Shown here piece by piece: positions 44,842-54,060 of a DNA stretch of 64,000 nucleotides. Below the pieces are notes generated by a model. That model was not told where the DNA came from. It ran no database searches and saw nothing but the letters and a program-made list of their open reading frames with translations. Position 1 is the stretch's first letter. Every line of letters begins with the position of its first letter. Made by a program: the position numbers and the translations under genes. The stretch is from a virus, in IMG/VR virus record IMGVR_UViG_3300020036_002522; one strand, 5' to 3'.

Positions 44842-44868
44842 AAAAAAGGGAGCCGTAGCTCCCTTTTT
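44842..44868 (-). terminator. intrinsic terminator after the major capsid gene (symmetrical, could act both ways)
   Basis: GGGAGC-cgta-GCTCCC stem flanked by A6 and T5. On the minus strand the stem is followed by TTTTTT, 19 nt after the capsid stop. Confidence 0.75.
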
Positions 44869-44886
44869 GATAGCAGCAAACCCTTA

Positions 44887-45804
44887 TTAGGAGCTGCCTG
44901 GGGACCCAAACAGGCCCAACGGGTCCGAAACTCCAAAAGAATACCTCGCACGCGATTTATAGCGGCAATTTCCAGTTTCAAAATCTCCGTCCATGGAGTT
45001 CGAAACCGCCACACGGTTGAAGTGCTTCAGTCCGTTTGGTACGTCTGTGAGCAAGAACCACGCATTGGTGTCGGTCAAGAAGTGATTCACGGTGTAGCCA
45101 CCGGGAATGCTTCCATTGGACTTCAACGCATTGATGTCGTTGTCGGCCGTACCCACGCGGTTCTGGGTTTCCAGCAAACGTGTTGCTGTAAACATCAGCG
45201 CAGGTGGGATCACCAGCTTCTTGGGCTTGGCAGCCAGCAGCAAACCGCGCTCGTCTGTCCAAGCAGCGATCTGAATCACAGCGTTTTCCAACGACGTTTC
45301 ATTCAGGTCAGTACCCGTGGTAGGACGATTGCTGTTGGTGCCGCCGGAGACCAGTGGGTGTGCCGTAGAGCACAGAACCACGCCGTCGCCATAGGTTGGA
45401 TTGCCGGAGCCTGTGAACGCTGCATTCAGGATGTAGGCGCCCTTGACTTCCTTGGTGTAAGCCATTGCACGGGCCAAAGCCTTGGTGTAACGGGCCGACA
45501 GGGAGTCGTACAGGTTGTCTTCCATGGCCTCTTCGGTGATGGAGAACCCCATCGCGATGGTTTCATGGTTGTAACGAGCAGTCCACGCTTCTTGCGCGTT
45601 GTCGTAGCTGATGGCCTGACCCTCGTTTTTCACGGGGGCTGCACCAAAGCCGGACAGCTTGGTTTCTTCTTCGAAGGAACGCTCCGAACTTTCGGTTTCG
45701 TAGATTTCCTTGTACTCTTCGCCGTAGCGTTTGTACTCAAGACCAAACAAAGCATTCAGTCCGGGGAGAAGCTCCTTCAGGAGCTGGGCACGAGAAATAG
45801 CCAT
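44887..45804 (-). CDS. major capsid protein (305 aa)
   Basis: Strong RBS (AAGGAGA) and a terminator immediately downstream. Position after scaffold and decoration genes; sequence style of HK97-fold/Mu gpT-size coat proteins. Confidence 0.75.
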   Translation of the reverse strand: MAISRAQLLKELLPGLNALFGLEYKRYGEEYKEIYETESSERSFEEETKLSGFGAAPVKNEGQAISYDNAQEAWTARYNHETIAMGFSITEEAMEDNLYDSLSARYTKALARAMAYTKEVKGAYILNAAFTGSGNPTYGDGVVLCSTAHPLVSGGTNSNRPTTGTDLNETSLENAVIQIAAWTDERGLLLAAKPKKLVIPPALMFTATRLLETQNRVGTADNDINALKSNGSIPGGYTVNHFLTDTNAWFLLTDVPNGLKHFNRVAVSNSMDGDFETGNCRYKSRARYSFGVSDPLGLFGSPGSS

Positions 45805-45816
45805 GGTCGTTTCTCC

Positions 45817-46446
45817 TTACAGGCCGATTGGGCAAGAGTTGCTGTGGTAGCCCGCGTTGAACTTGACCAGCACGTCTGTGTAGGCGTCGCCCACAACAGA
45901 GAAACCAACCATATCAACAAAGCCGACGATACGGAACGCGGCAGAACCTGCCTGAACCGTGGCATCCAGCGCGGACGTTGAGTTGCCCGTGGTGGTAGAC
46001 CCTGTGCTGGTGCTCTGCACCGCAGCGAGACCGGTGTTCGTTCCGAGTGCGGCTGCGGGGACGGTGCCGTCACATTGCGCTTGGAAAATCACACGGTCAT
46101 CATCCACGACGTAGGCAACAGCGTCCGACGCAACCGTGCCGGTGGGCCAGTATTGCGAGAAGATTTTCTGCTTGGTCGTGGGCTGTGTGTACGAACAGCC
46201 AACAAACACACCAGCGGCACCCGTGCGAGCGGTGGAGCCCGTGGGGAAGTCGTTGGTCGTTGCATCCATGCCGGTAGCAGTCACGATGGCGCAGGCGCCA
46301 GCGGCATTCGTGTAAACGATGCTGCCGTTAAAGATGTTCGTTCCGTAGCCGGAGGCGATCGGAATCATGCGGGTGCTGCCAGCGTATGGCAGACCCCCGA
46401 CAAGGTTTACGGGTTTCAATCCGTAAGGGGTAGCAGTTGCAGACAT
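45817..46446 (-). CDS. capsid accessory/decoration-like protein (209 aa)
   Basis: AGGAGG RBS; lies between the scaffold region and the capsid gene. N-terminus MSATATPYGLKPVNLVGGLPYAGSTRMIPIASG. Confidence 0.5.
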   Translation of the reverse strand: MSATATPYGLKPVNLVGGLPYAGSTRMIPIASGYGTNIFNGSIVYTNAAGACAIVTATGMDATTNDFPTGSTARTGAAGVFVGCSYTQPTTKQKIFSQYWPTGTVASDAVAYVVDDDRVIFQAQCDGTVPAAALGTNTGLAAVQSTSTGSTTTGNSTSALDATVQAGSAAFRIVGFVDMVGFSVVGDAYTDVLVKFNAGYHSNSCPIGL

Positions 46447-46466
46447 ATTTCAGTCCTCCTATGAAG

Positions 46467-46922
46467 TTAATTGCCCTTACCGAACGACGTTACCTTGGTA
46501 CTACGCTCTTTGAAAAGCGGCATACGGGGGTCGTTCTCACGCATAAAGTTGTTGTCCACGGACTCCATCTGCGCCGACGCCAGTTGGCGAAAGTGCGCGT
46601 CACGTTGTTCAGTGAACTCAACCGGGGTTTTGCAAAGCAGCAGTCCGCCGATTTCAACGCTGTCCGGAAAGCGGTTCGAGGTGCCTCCGAGCAATGTGAT
46701 TTCAGGGTGTTCCGACGCCTTGACGGGTTCCCATCCCTCGCGCATCTTTGAGGAAATGTTGATGGCATCTGGTGCATTCAGCGTACTCAGACGAATCCAG
46801 CGAAACGCGAAGCCGGGCTCCGGTGTTGGATCAGGCAGCAGTGCCGGGGGCGACCATTTGGTCATCCGTTCCATGTTGCTCCGTTTGTCGAGTTCCCTTG
46901 GTGTACGTTCAGTGGTTGCCAT
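46467..46922 (-). CDS. head-module hypothetical protein (151 aa)
   Basis: ORF 46467-46928 (TTG) trimmed to ATG 46922, 2 nt after the upstream stop. Confidence 0.55.
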   Translation of the reverse strand: MATTERTPRELDKRSNMERMTKWSPPALLPDPTPEPGFAFRWIRLSTLNAPDAINISSKMREGWEPVKASEHPEITLLGGTSNRFPDSVEIGGLLLCKTPVEFTEQRDAHFRQLASAQMESVDNNFMRENDPRMPLFKERSTKVTSFGKGN

Positions 46923-46924
46923 TT

Positions 46925-47860
46925 TCAATTCCTGTTCAGTTCCGCTACCGAGCGTGCATAGACATCCAGAGAGAGGCCCAGCTTCTTGGCGAGATTTACC
47001 TGCGTTTGAGTAAGTACGACTTTTGAAGACGCTGTACTACGACTCGCTGGTGCTACGTTTGACCTGCTTTGCCGCGAAGGGGGTGCTGCGGCATTCCCTG
47101 CAAACGCTTCAGGGAATCTCTTTTGGACGTCAGCGTCGATACGTTTGTAGTATTCGTCACTGTCGACCTGAATGCCTGACTCAACAACCTTTTTGTGCAA
47201 CGCCAGCGAATACGCTGTCATTCCTTCATCAGTGCCAAACCAACGGTTTTGGTCTTTCCACGCACGTGTCTTGGCGCTGAGGACGGGTTGCTGAACCTGT
47301 GGGGCTGGTTGTATCACGTTTTGCTGTGGTTGTCCAGCGGGTGGCGTGAAATTACTTACACGTTCTGCGTTGATCGTGGCACGAGTAATTTGCTCCTGTG
47401 CCTCCATCATTGCGTCGGTGTCGAAGCTCTCGGACGCCGCCTTAAACGCGCGCTTGGCCTCTTCCAGCTTGGTCTTGGCCGTCTCCTTGGCCTGCTCCAG
47501 CAGCACCGTCTGGTTCTGGGTCAACGAACCCTGTAGCCGCTGGTTCTCCGCAACGACCTGCTGGGCCACGCGCACGGCTTCTTCACGCTCGCGCAGCGCC
47601 GCTTCCTTGGCCCGGCGTTCCTCGTGGTAGCCCTTGCCCAGATGGGCCAGCCGGTCTTTCAGCTTCTGGTCACTGTACTTTGTAAGTTCCTCGTCAGTAA
47701 CGTCGGCCGGAGCCTGCGCCATTGGTGTGCGACCCTTGTCCTCGTCCGGGGTGTCGTCGATGACCTGAATCTCGGGCTTGTCGGTGTCAAGGATCACACC
47801 GTCCGCGATTTCGTATTCGTATTTGTCTTCGGTTTTGTCGGTTGGGTCGGTCATGTTCAT
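46925..47860 (-). CDS. scaffolding protein candidate (311 aa)
   Basis: Acidic N-terminus then long Glu/Lys/Ala/Gln helices, between portal and capsid genes. ATG 47860 makes an ATGA junction; ATG 47854 is the alternative. Confidence 0.55.
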   Translation of the reverse strand: MNMTDPTDKTEDKYEYEIADGVILDTDKPEIQVIDDTPDEDKGRTPMAQAPADVTDEELTKYSDQKLKDRLAHLGKGYHEERRAKEAALREREEAVRVAQQVVAENQRLQGSLTQNQTVLLEQAKETAKTKLEEAKRAFKAASESFDTDAMMEAQEQITRATINAERVSNFTPPAGQPQQNVIQPAPQVQQPVLSAKTRAWKDQNRWFGTDEGMTAYSLALHKKVVESGIQVDSDEYYKRIDADVQKRFPEAFAGNAAAPPSRQSRSNVAPASRSTASSKVVLTQTQVNLAKKLGLSLDVYARSVAELNRN

Positions 47861-48252
47861 GCCTCCGAAAGTTTTTGTTTCAGCGCGTAGCCCATCAGGG
47901 GCCACATCTTGTTGACCGCGTTTTCACGGGCGATCTTGCGACCCAGCTCGGCATCGAAGTTCTCGGGGCTGGCACAGGCGGACTCACCGGTCACAGTGAA
48001 GCCGTTCTTCAGGACGAGGACGCAGAAGGTGAGTAGCTTTAAGCTGTCGATGGCATCGAATGTTTCTTCCCCAGCGTTCCAAACTTCGACTGCAGCAGCT
48101 CCATTTTTCCCTTCATCCGCAGTGAAATAGAACTCTGCGCTTATGCTCTCTTTGATGTCAGCCGGTGTAACCCGGGGTGCGGTCAGGCCCTTGGCCTGAA
48201 TCATTTGCTCGATGGCCGTATCGTCGGTGCGGGGGGATGGGATGTTATACAC
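47857..48252 (-). CDS. N4 Gp49 / Sf6 gp66-family-like protein
   Basis: LLTFCVLVLKNGFTVTGESACASPENFDAELGRKIARENAVNKMWPLMGYALK matches the family signature as remembered. Start uncertain: GTG 48252 or ATG 48204. Confidence 0.6.
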   Translation of the reverse strand: MYNIPSPRTDDTAIEQMIQAKGLTAPRVTPADIKESISAEFYFTADEGKNGAAAVEVWNAGEETFDAIDSLKLLTFCVLVLKNGFTVTGESACASPENFDAELGRKIARENAVNKMWPLMGYALKQKLSEA

Positions 48253-48652
48253 GGCTGATACCCCGCGGGTCCTGCACGGTGGCCTCAACCGAGTCGTCAT
48301 TCAAAAGGCGCCATTCCGTGCCGTGAATCTTCATGCGGGTACCGGAGTTCGGGCGCACGATCACGAAGTCACCAACCTTGCAGGACGGGCCGGACGGGAA
48401 GCGTTTCTCGTCCTTGAATGCGTCGGGGCCCATCTTGGCCACGAACAGCACCGGTGACAGCAGCTCTTCGAACTGCATGGTCTTGTCGGCTTTGAGGATG
48501 CCGCTGTCGTACGACTCCTTGGCCTGTGGCAGCATGCACAGCAGGTGGTACGTTTTGGGCTCGGGCACCTGCGAGGCTTTCACCTCGTCGGTCTCGGTCG
48601 GCACAGCGGAGGTTTCCCCCACCGCCGCGAACTCGGGTAACGCGTATTTCAT
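48245..48652 (-). CDS. GroES/cpn10-like co-chaperonin candidate (135 aa)
   Basis: By-eye alignment to GroES: ...SGILKAD...LFVAKMGPDAF...CKVGDFVIVRPNSGTRMKIHGTEWRLLNDDSVEATV. Confidence 0.45.
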   Translation of the reverse strand: MKYALPEFAAVGETSAVPTETDEVKASQVPEPKTYHLLCMLPQAKESYDSGILKADKTMQFEELLSPVLFVAKMGPDAFKDEKRFPSGPSCKVGDFVIVRPNSGTRMKIHGTEWRLLNDDSVEATVQDPRGISRV

Positions 48653-48713
48653 GATTTTCCTTCACGCATGGGGTTAAAAACATGGCGGAGAACCCCAGAA
48701 AACTCCATCCAAT

Positions 48714-48914
48714 TCATTCCTGCTGACGCCGCAGCCTGTCAGCCATCTCGTTGATGCGCGCCTGCGCCACGGCCAGCCCGTGAATCCGCCCGCACATACC
48801 CTTGTAGTCGGCAAAATCCTTGGCCCCGCCGGAAACCATCGCATCGACGGTTGCCTGCTTCTCGTCTTCGCACTGCTTATGCAGGAGACCGAGTACGCTA
48901 TCTTCTTCGTTCAT
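48714..48914 (-). CDS. hypothetical protein (66 aa)
   Basis: ORF track; abuts the upstream gene (TAA-ATG). Confidence 0.5.
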   Translation of the reverse strand: MNEEDSVLGLLHKQCEDEKQATVDAMVSGGAKDFADYKGMCGRIHGLAVAQARINEMADRLRRQQE

Positions 48915-49154
48915 TTAGACCTCTCCGTTATGTAGGCACGCCAGCAGATGCGAGACCGCGCCCATCGAGCGCAGGCGGCTTACGCGCATCGTCGCTCCTG
49001 ACCACGTAGCCACGTTATCGTCGGCGTCGATCGTTACGCCCATGAAGCAGGTAACCGTACCCGCCTCCACTTCTTCACGCAGCCGCTCCAGCACTGCCAG
49101 CGCCGCCCGCTTCTCGTCAAGCGCCTGATGGTTTATGACTTGTGCAAGGGCCAT
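48915..49154 (-). CDS. hypothetical protein (79 aa)
   Basis: ORF track; TAATG overlap with the portal stop. Confidence 0.5.
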   Translation of the reverse strand: MALAQVINHQALDEKRAALAVLERLREEVEAGTVTCFMGVTIDADDNVATWSGATMRVSRLRSMGAVSHLLACLHNGEV

Positions 49155-51778
49155 TACGTAGTCTCCTTCTTCACGGGTTTTGGTTTCGCCCCGGCGCCGG
49201 CAGCCTTCGCCGCGGCCTTGACCTGCTTCTGCTGCTCCAGCCGCTGGCGGTGCAGCTCCTGCTTGTGGGACAGCGCCTGCACGTGGGTGACTTCCTTCTG
49301 CTGGCGCTCCTGCGCTGCGCGTGCGGCCTGCGCCTGCGTGTTCTGCTCCGCCATCCGGCGCTGGCTCTCGGCCTGCTGCGCCTGCGCGACCAACTGCTGC
49401 TGATGTGCCTGCGCCGCCTGTGCTTGCTGTTGCTGGGCCGTGGCCGCGTCCTGCTGTGCCTTCTGCTGTGCGGCGGCTACCTTGATCTGCTCGGCAGCCC
49501 CGGGGTTCTCGGCCTGCATCTTGGCCTGCGCCAGCGCCAGCTCGCCCTGCACCTTCTGACCTTTGATCTGCACGTCCTGCTCTTTGATGGCCAGCTCTTT
49601 CTGCTGCATCTGGATGATCGGGTCCTGCGCCATCTGCTGGGCCTGCTGCTGCGCGGCGGAGGCTTGGTTCATCGTCAGCAGCTGCTGCGCGGCCATGGCC
49701 ACTGCGCGTGACAACTGCACTTCGATCTCGGGCGGCAACTCGGCATCTGGCATCGGCATCGTGACGCCCATGCGCTCCTCTATCTTCTGACGGTACAGGA
49801 AGCCAAGGTGTTGGGCGATGTGCGCTTGCACGGCGGCAGCCATCTGCTGCGCCTGCGGGTTCTGCCCAATCGTCTGGGCAATCATTGGGTCTTGGATAAA
49901 CGTACTATGGACAGTGATGTGGCTCTGGTGATCCTGCGCCAAGAACGCCTTGGTCGGTTTGCCGCTCAAGAACGCCATGTTCTCGCTGATCGGGTCGCGT
50001 GGGGTCTGGTCCTCGTCGGTGGGCACCAGCTTGGCCGCGTTCTTGATACCGAGCACTTCCAGCATCTGCCGATGAAGCTGGGGTAGGTCGTAAATCTGCG
50101 GGGCCCCTGCAGCCAGCTGGACGGCCGCTTGGTACTGCATGATCCGCTGTGCCATCGTGGATGAGTTCGGGTCACTGACCGGGATGACCGACACCAGCGA
50201 ATAGTCTGCACGTTTGACACTTGGCGGGCCATCGACCGGCTCGTAGCCGTAGTCCTCTGGCTTGCTGTCGCGAATGATCGCCGCCAGCAGCTTGAACTCC
50301 TGCTTCATGGAGTAGTGGACACGCGCCTGCACGGCCGACATCGTTTTAAGCGTACGCTCCAGCAGTGCCAGCGTGGTGCCCACCGGGGCATTGGCGCTCA
50401 TGTCGCTGATGTTCATGTCGCTGATCGCCCCCAGCCGACGGGCTTCTTCGGTGAGCTTGTCCAGCAGCAACAACAGTACGTTGGACGGCTCCTTGTACGG
50501 CAGCGGCATGATGTTGTCGCGCAGTGTACCGGAGGCAATATCCACGTCACGGAACTCGCCGGGCCCGATCGGCGTGTCGTCGCCCTTGATCCGCAGCCCC
50601 CGGGTTTTCATCCCGCCGGGCAGGTTGGACAACTGGCCGGCATCAACCAGCTCGCGGATGATGGAGGTGCCCGAGCGCGCGTAGCCGCCGATCAGGTGGA
50701 TCAGGCCAAGGCCGTAGGCGCCGAACCCGGGAATGTATGTGTACTGGACAAAGTGCTGCCGTTTCAGTTTGCGACTGTCGGTCTCTTCCCAGTTACGATA
50801 CACGGACATCACCGTGCCGGTGCCCTTGTCGATGGTCACGATGTACGGCACGGCCAGCTCATCCGGCTCCTCGAAGCCCTTCAGGTTCAGGTCGACCTGA
50901 ATCTCGTAGAACTGGTAGCGCTCGTCGTTGTTGAGGGTGTACCCCTGCTGCTCGGCCTTGCGCTTCTCGATGTTCGTGCTCGCCGGTGCCGGGTCGCCCA
51001 AGTCCTTGTCTATATAGAACCCCGCCGCCTGCAGCCGCTTCACCTCGTTCTTGGTCTTGCGCATGGCATGTGTCACGCGCTCGGCGGTCTGCGCTCCGGC
51101 GGAGCCCCAAGGGATGATGACGTCCTCGGCCGGCACGAACAGCGACACCTGTCGGTCAAGCCGTGTGTCCTTGTAGATTTTCTTGAACGCCGCGCCGGCA
51201 AGGCCAAGGGAGAACAGCATGCGCTCGTGCTCCGGGCGGTACTCCTGCATCACCTCGGTGATCTCGTGGTTCATGTCGTCGCGCACGCGCACGGCCGCTT
51301 CGCGCTTCTCATCGGTCTCTTCACCGATGATCTCGGTCTTGACGGGCCCGGCGGCGGGGAACGTCTCCATGATGGTCTCGCTCTGAAAGCGTATGGCCGC
51401 CTCCGCAAGCACCGTAGAGTAAACCCCGCACGCGCCGACCCACGGCTCCGTGCGCTCGTCGTAGTTCATCCCCAGCACCTCAAGACCCTTGACAAAGGTC
51501 TCTTCCCACTCCTTGCGGCTGCTCAAATCCTCCTCAACCTGCTCCAAAAGCTCGGAACCGAGCATGGAAAGCACCCCTTTGTCCAGCTTTTCGGCCAGAT
51601 TTGAGTCAAAACCGGTGATTATTTGGGTTTCTTCCTTGATCACGATGGTCACGGTGCCATCCGGATTGACCGTATGCGTGTCATCTTCACCCTCCACCTC
51701 GAACTCAAACGGCTCCGCACCGGTTATATCGTCCTCAATATCGAGGCCGCGGGGGGCTGGATTCAGGGTTTTTTCCAT
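49154..51778 (-). CDS. portal protein with ~200-aa Gln/Ala-rich C-terminal extension
   Basis: An 874-aa ORF directly downstream of the large terminase. C-terminus AAAQQKAQQDAATAQQQQAQAAQAHQQQLVAQAQQ... Confidence 0.75.
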   Translation of the reverse strand: MEKTLNPAPRGLDIEDDITGAEPFEFEVEGEDDTHTVNPDGTVTIVIKEETQIITGFDSNLAEKLDKGVLSMLGSELLEQVEEDLSSRKEWEETFVKGLEVLGMNYDERTEPWVGACGVYSTVLAEAAIRFQSETIMETFPAAGPVKTEIIGEETDEKREAAVRVRDDMNHEITEVMQEYRPEHERMLFSLGLAGAAFKKIYKDTRLDRQVSLFVPAEDVIIPWGSAGAQTAERVTHAMRKTKNEVKRLQAAGFYIDKDLGDPAPASTNIEKRKAEQQGYTLNNDERYQFYEIQVDLNLKGFEEPDELAVPYIVTIDKGTGTVMSVYRNWEETDSRKLKRQHFVQYTYIPGFGAYGLGLIHLIGGYARSGTSIIRELVDAGQLSNLPGGMKTRGLRIKGDDTPIGPGEFRDVDIASGTLRDNIMPLPYKEPSNVLLLLLDKLTEEARRLGAISDMNISDMSANAPVGTTLALLERTLKTMSAVQARVHYSMKQEFKLLAAIIRDSKPEDYGYEPVDGPPSVKRADYSLVSVIPVSDPNSSTMAQRIMQYQAAVQLAAGAPQIYDLPQLHRQMLEVLGIKNAAKLVPTDEDQTPRDPISENMAFLSGKPTKAFLAQDHQSHITVHSTFIQDPMIAQTIGQNPQAQQMAAAVQAHIAQHLGFLYRQKIEERMGVTMPMPDAELPPEIEVQLSRAVAMAAQQLLTMNQASAAQQQAQQMAQDPIIQMQQKELAIKEQDVQIKGQKVQGELALAQAKMQAENPGAAEQIKVAAAQQKAQQDAATAQQQQAQAAQAHQQQLVAQAQQAESQRRMAEQNTQAQAARAAQERQQKEVTHVQALSHKQELHRQRLEQQKQVKAAAKAAGAGAKPKPVKKETT

Positions 51779-51813
51779 GATTTGTCCTGTATTTGAGGGG
51801 TTTTAGCGGGCCG

Positions 51814-53352
51814 TCAACCGTAATACGCCTTCTGCCGGGCCCGGAAATCCTCAACATTATCGTCAAAATCATTCGCGAGTCGAATAAATCCGCCGTCCCG
51901 GTACCGCGATATGCACATCTGCAGGCAGTCAACCTCGTCGTCGTTGGCGCCGAACGGGAACTCCGCCACCACGTCGATCAGCGCGTGGGCCCACCGCGTA
52001 TCGGGCGCGTACACCAGCCCGGACGAGAAAATGTCGGATATGGCGTTCACCCGAGCGTACTTGTCGTTGGAAATGCCGTTGCCCTTGCGGCTCGGGCTCA
52101 CTTCCTGCACGACGATGTTCATCCGACGCAGTTCCTGTATCAGCGGAGCGCCGGCAGCCTTCTTTTCAACGATAAGCGAGTCAGGTTCCCATTGTTTCCA
52201 GTGCTCCAGTACCTTGATCTTCAGCTCTGGGAACTCCCAGCGCCCTTTGATGCAGTCCAAAACGATAATTCTGCTCTCGTTGTCCTCGGTTGTCCACACT
52301 CCGACGGTCACGCACGCTGAGTAGTCGGCCCGGGTCTTCGCTTCGTGCGCCGTATCCCACGCCTGGATGATGAACTCTACCTTCGGCGGCTTCTCGTGCG
52401 GCCAAATCTTCCACCATTCGCGTTTTATGAGCGCGCCCTCCTCGGAGGTAGGTTCTTGCATGTACTGCGCGGACCAAAACTGCTGCAACATCGACGCCTT
52501 TTTGGAGAGTAGCTGCTCAACAGGCCACTGTTCTGGCCATAACGACTTACCAGAAGGCAAAATCGCCGGAAAGCGTACTTCCAACCACTGCGGTGAGTCC
52601 GGATTGTCGATCGCCCACTGCAGCGCGCGCCCGATCGGGTCTTTTTTGCCCCAGCGCGTGCCGATCATCACTATTTTACCGTCCGGCATCAGCCGCTGCA
52701 GCGGGCCGATCTGCATGTACTCCCACGCATTGGCGAACTGCACCTCCGGATTGGCCAGCATCGCCTGCTCCGACACCAAGTCATCACAAATCAGCAGGTG
52801 GGCGCCGTGGCCGGCCACGTTGGCCCCGATACCGATGGCCAGATATTTCCCGCCGAGCGTCGTCGCCCAGTTGGATGAAGCGCTCTTGTCCTTGGAGACG
52901 ATGGTGTCGGGGAAAATCTCCTTGTACTTGGCGTCGTCGATCAGGTTGCGCACCTTGCGCCCGAAGTCTGCGGACAGGTCGGCCGTGTGCGTCACCATCA
53001 TGATGTGGTGGGACGGGTTGTGCCCAAGGTACCACGCGACGAACAGAAAGGCGACGGTCTCCGACTTGGAGAAGCGCGGCGGCATGCTCACGGTAACCCG
53101 CGGCTCGGTGCCGTCTTTGGTGCGGTGCAGGATCGGTTTCAGGAACCGGTGATGTGGCCCCTCTTTGAAGTTCGGGTAAACGTAATGGCAGAACGCCATG
53201 AAGTCATCCTTGGCCGCGCGTATCGTGCGCGAATGCTGCCACTTCTCGATGTCGCCCAGCAGCGCCTCCTGCTCCTTACCCTGCATCCCCGGTACGGCCG
53301 CAAGAAGCGCCTCGATGTCCGCTTCGGTAAGGTCGTGCTGCTCGTCCATCAT
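51814..53352 (-). CDS. terL: terminase large subunit
   Basis: P-loop-like VSMPPRFSKSE, Walker B HLLICDDLVSE, and nuclease acidic residues IIQAWDTAHE and FGANDDEVDCL. Size and position are typical. Confidence 0.9.
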   Translation of the reverse strand: MMDEQHDLTEADIEALLAAVPGMQGKEQEALLGDIEKWQHSRTIRAAKDDFMAFCHYVYPNFKEGPHHRFLKPILHRTKDGTEPRVTVSMPPRFSKSETVAFLFVAWYLGHNPSHHIMMVTHTADLSADFGRKVRNLIDDAKYKEIFPDTIVSKDKSASSNWATTLGGKYLAIGIGANVAGHGAHLLICDDLVSEQAMLANPEVQFANAWEYMQIGPLQRLMPDGKIVMIGTRWGKKDPIGRALQWAIDNPDSPQWLEVRFPAILPSGKSLWPEQWPVEQLLSKKASMLQQFWSAQYMQEPTSEEGALIKREWWKIWPHEKPPKVEFIIQAWDTAHEAKTRADYSACVTVGVWTTEDNESRIIVLDCIKGRWEFPELKIKVLEHWKQWEPDSLIVEKKAAGAPLIQELRRMNIVVQEVSPSRKGNGISNDKYARVNAISDIFSSGLVYAPDTRWAHALIDVVAEFPFGANDDEVDCLQMCISRYRDGGFIRLANDFDDNVEDFRARQKAYYG

Positions 53353-54005
53353 GTGTCTTTAGCGTACGTGGGCGCTACGCGCGCCACGATGGCGATCTCT
53401 TTCACCTCGGCGTCCTGCACCTCGATTGTTGGCGGGAGCAAGGACTTGAGTTTAGCGCGTAACCGTTCTTCGATGACACTTGAGTCTTCGTTCTTGTGCG
53501 TGACCTCGGAGCGTTCGGTGAAGGCGGCTACCTCCGTTATCTTGCCGATAAGCTCCAGCGCCTTGAGCCGGTTGCGCGCCACGGGGTCCTTGGTCTCCTC
53601 CAGCAGCTTGGCCACCACGAAGCCGCGAAGCTGTTTGGCCTGCTCCACGAAGTCCCAGTCGTAGGCACTGAGCATCCCCACGAGATGGCGTACGGCCGCC
53701 GGTGTACGGAGGTTCTTGATGTCGGTGAGCTGCTTGTCCGGGGGTGCGCCGGCGGTGAGCGCTGCGAAGGCCTGCTGGGCGAGCGCACTGTCGCGTGGTT
53801 TGGGTGGGGCGCCGGTTACTGGTGCGGTGTCGTCATCCAGCCAGTCGAGCGTTTCCACCTGCGCGTTGAAGATGGCTTCCGCGGGTAGGTCGTCGATGTC
53901 GGTAAACTCTGGCGATAGAAGGTGCTCGAATAACATGCAAAGCCCTTGTAATATACGAAATGTAGCATATAATGGCGGCGTGGGGTTTAGTTGTGTTTTC
54001 CTCAC
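53349..54005 (-). CDS. terminase small subunit candidate
   Basis: First gene of the late block; ATGA overlap with terL. Start is either GTG 54005 (AAGGAG 10 nt upstream) or ATG 53936. No motif recognised. Confidence 0.45.
   Translation of the reverse strand: MRKTQLNPTPPLYATFRILQGLCMLFEHLLSPEFTDIDDLPAEAIFNAQVETLDWLDDDTAPVTGAPPKPRDSALAQQAFAALTAGAPPDKQLTDIKNLRTPAAVRHLVGMLSAYDWDFVEQAKQLRGFVVAKLLEETKDPVARNRLKALELIGKITEVAAFTERSEVTHKNEDSSVIEERLRAKLKSLLPPTIEVQDAEVKEIAIVARVAPTYAKDT
53946..53973 (+). promoter_or_regulatory. sigma70-type promoter (TTGTAA-16-TATAAT) pointing away from the late genes
   Basis: TTGTAA 53946-53951, 16-bp spacer, perfect TATAAT 53968-53973. Confidence 0.5.
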
Positions 54006-54060
54006 AAACGTGATGCTCCTTGAATTAAGCCCCGGCGCGCAATGCTCCGGGGCTTTTTTT
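53980..54060 (+). ncRNA. candidate ~80-nt cis-antisense RNA opposite the 5' end of the late operon
   Basis: Bounded by the promoter at 53946-53973 and the terminator at 54028-54060. No ORF on this strand. Complementary to the AAGGAG/GTG 54005 initiation region of the minus-strand gene. Confidence 0.4.
54028..54060 (+). terminator. intrinsic terminator (+ strand)
   Basis: AGCCCCGG (54028-54035) / CCGGGGCT (54047-54054), 11-nt loop, run of seven T (54054-54060). Confidence 0.6.
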
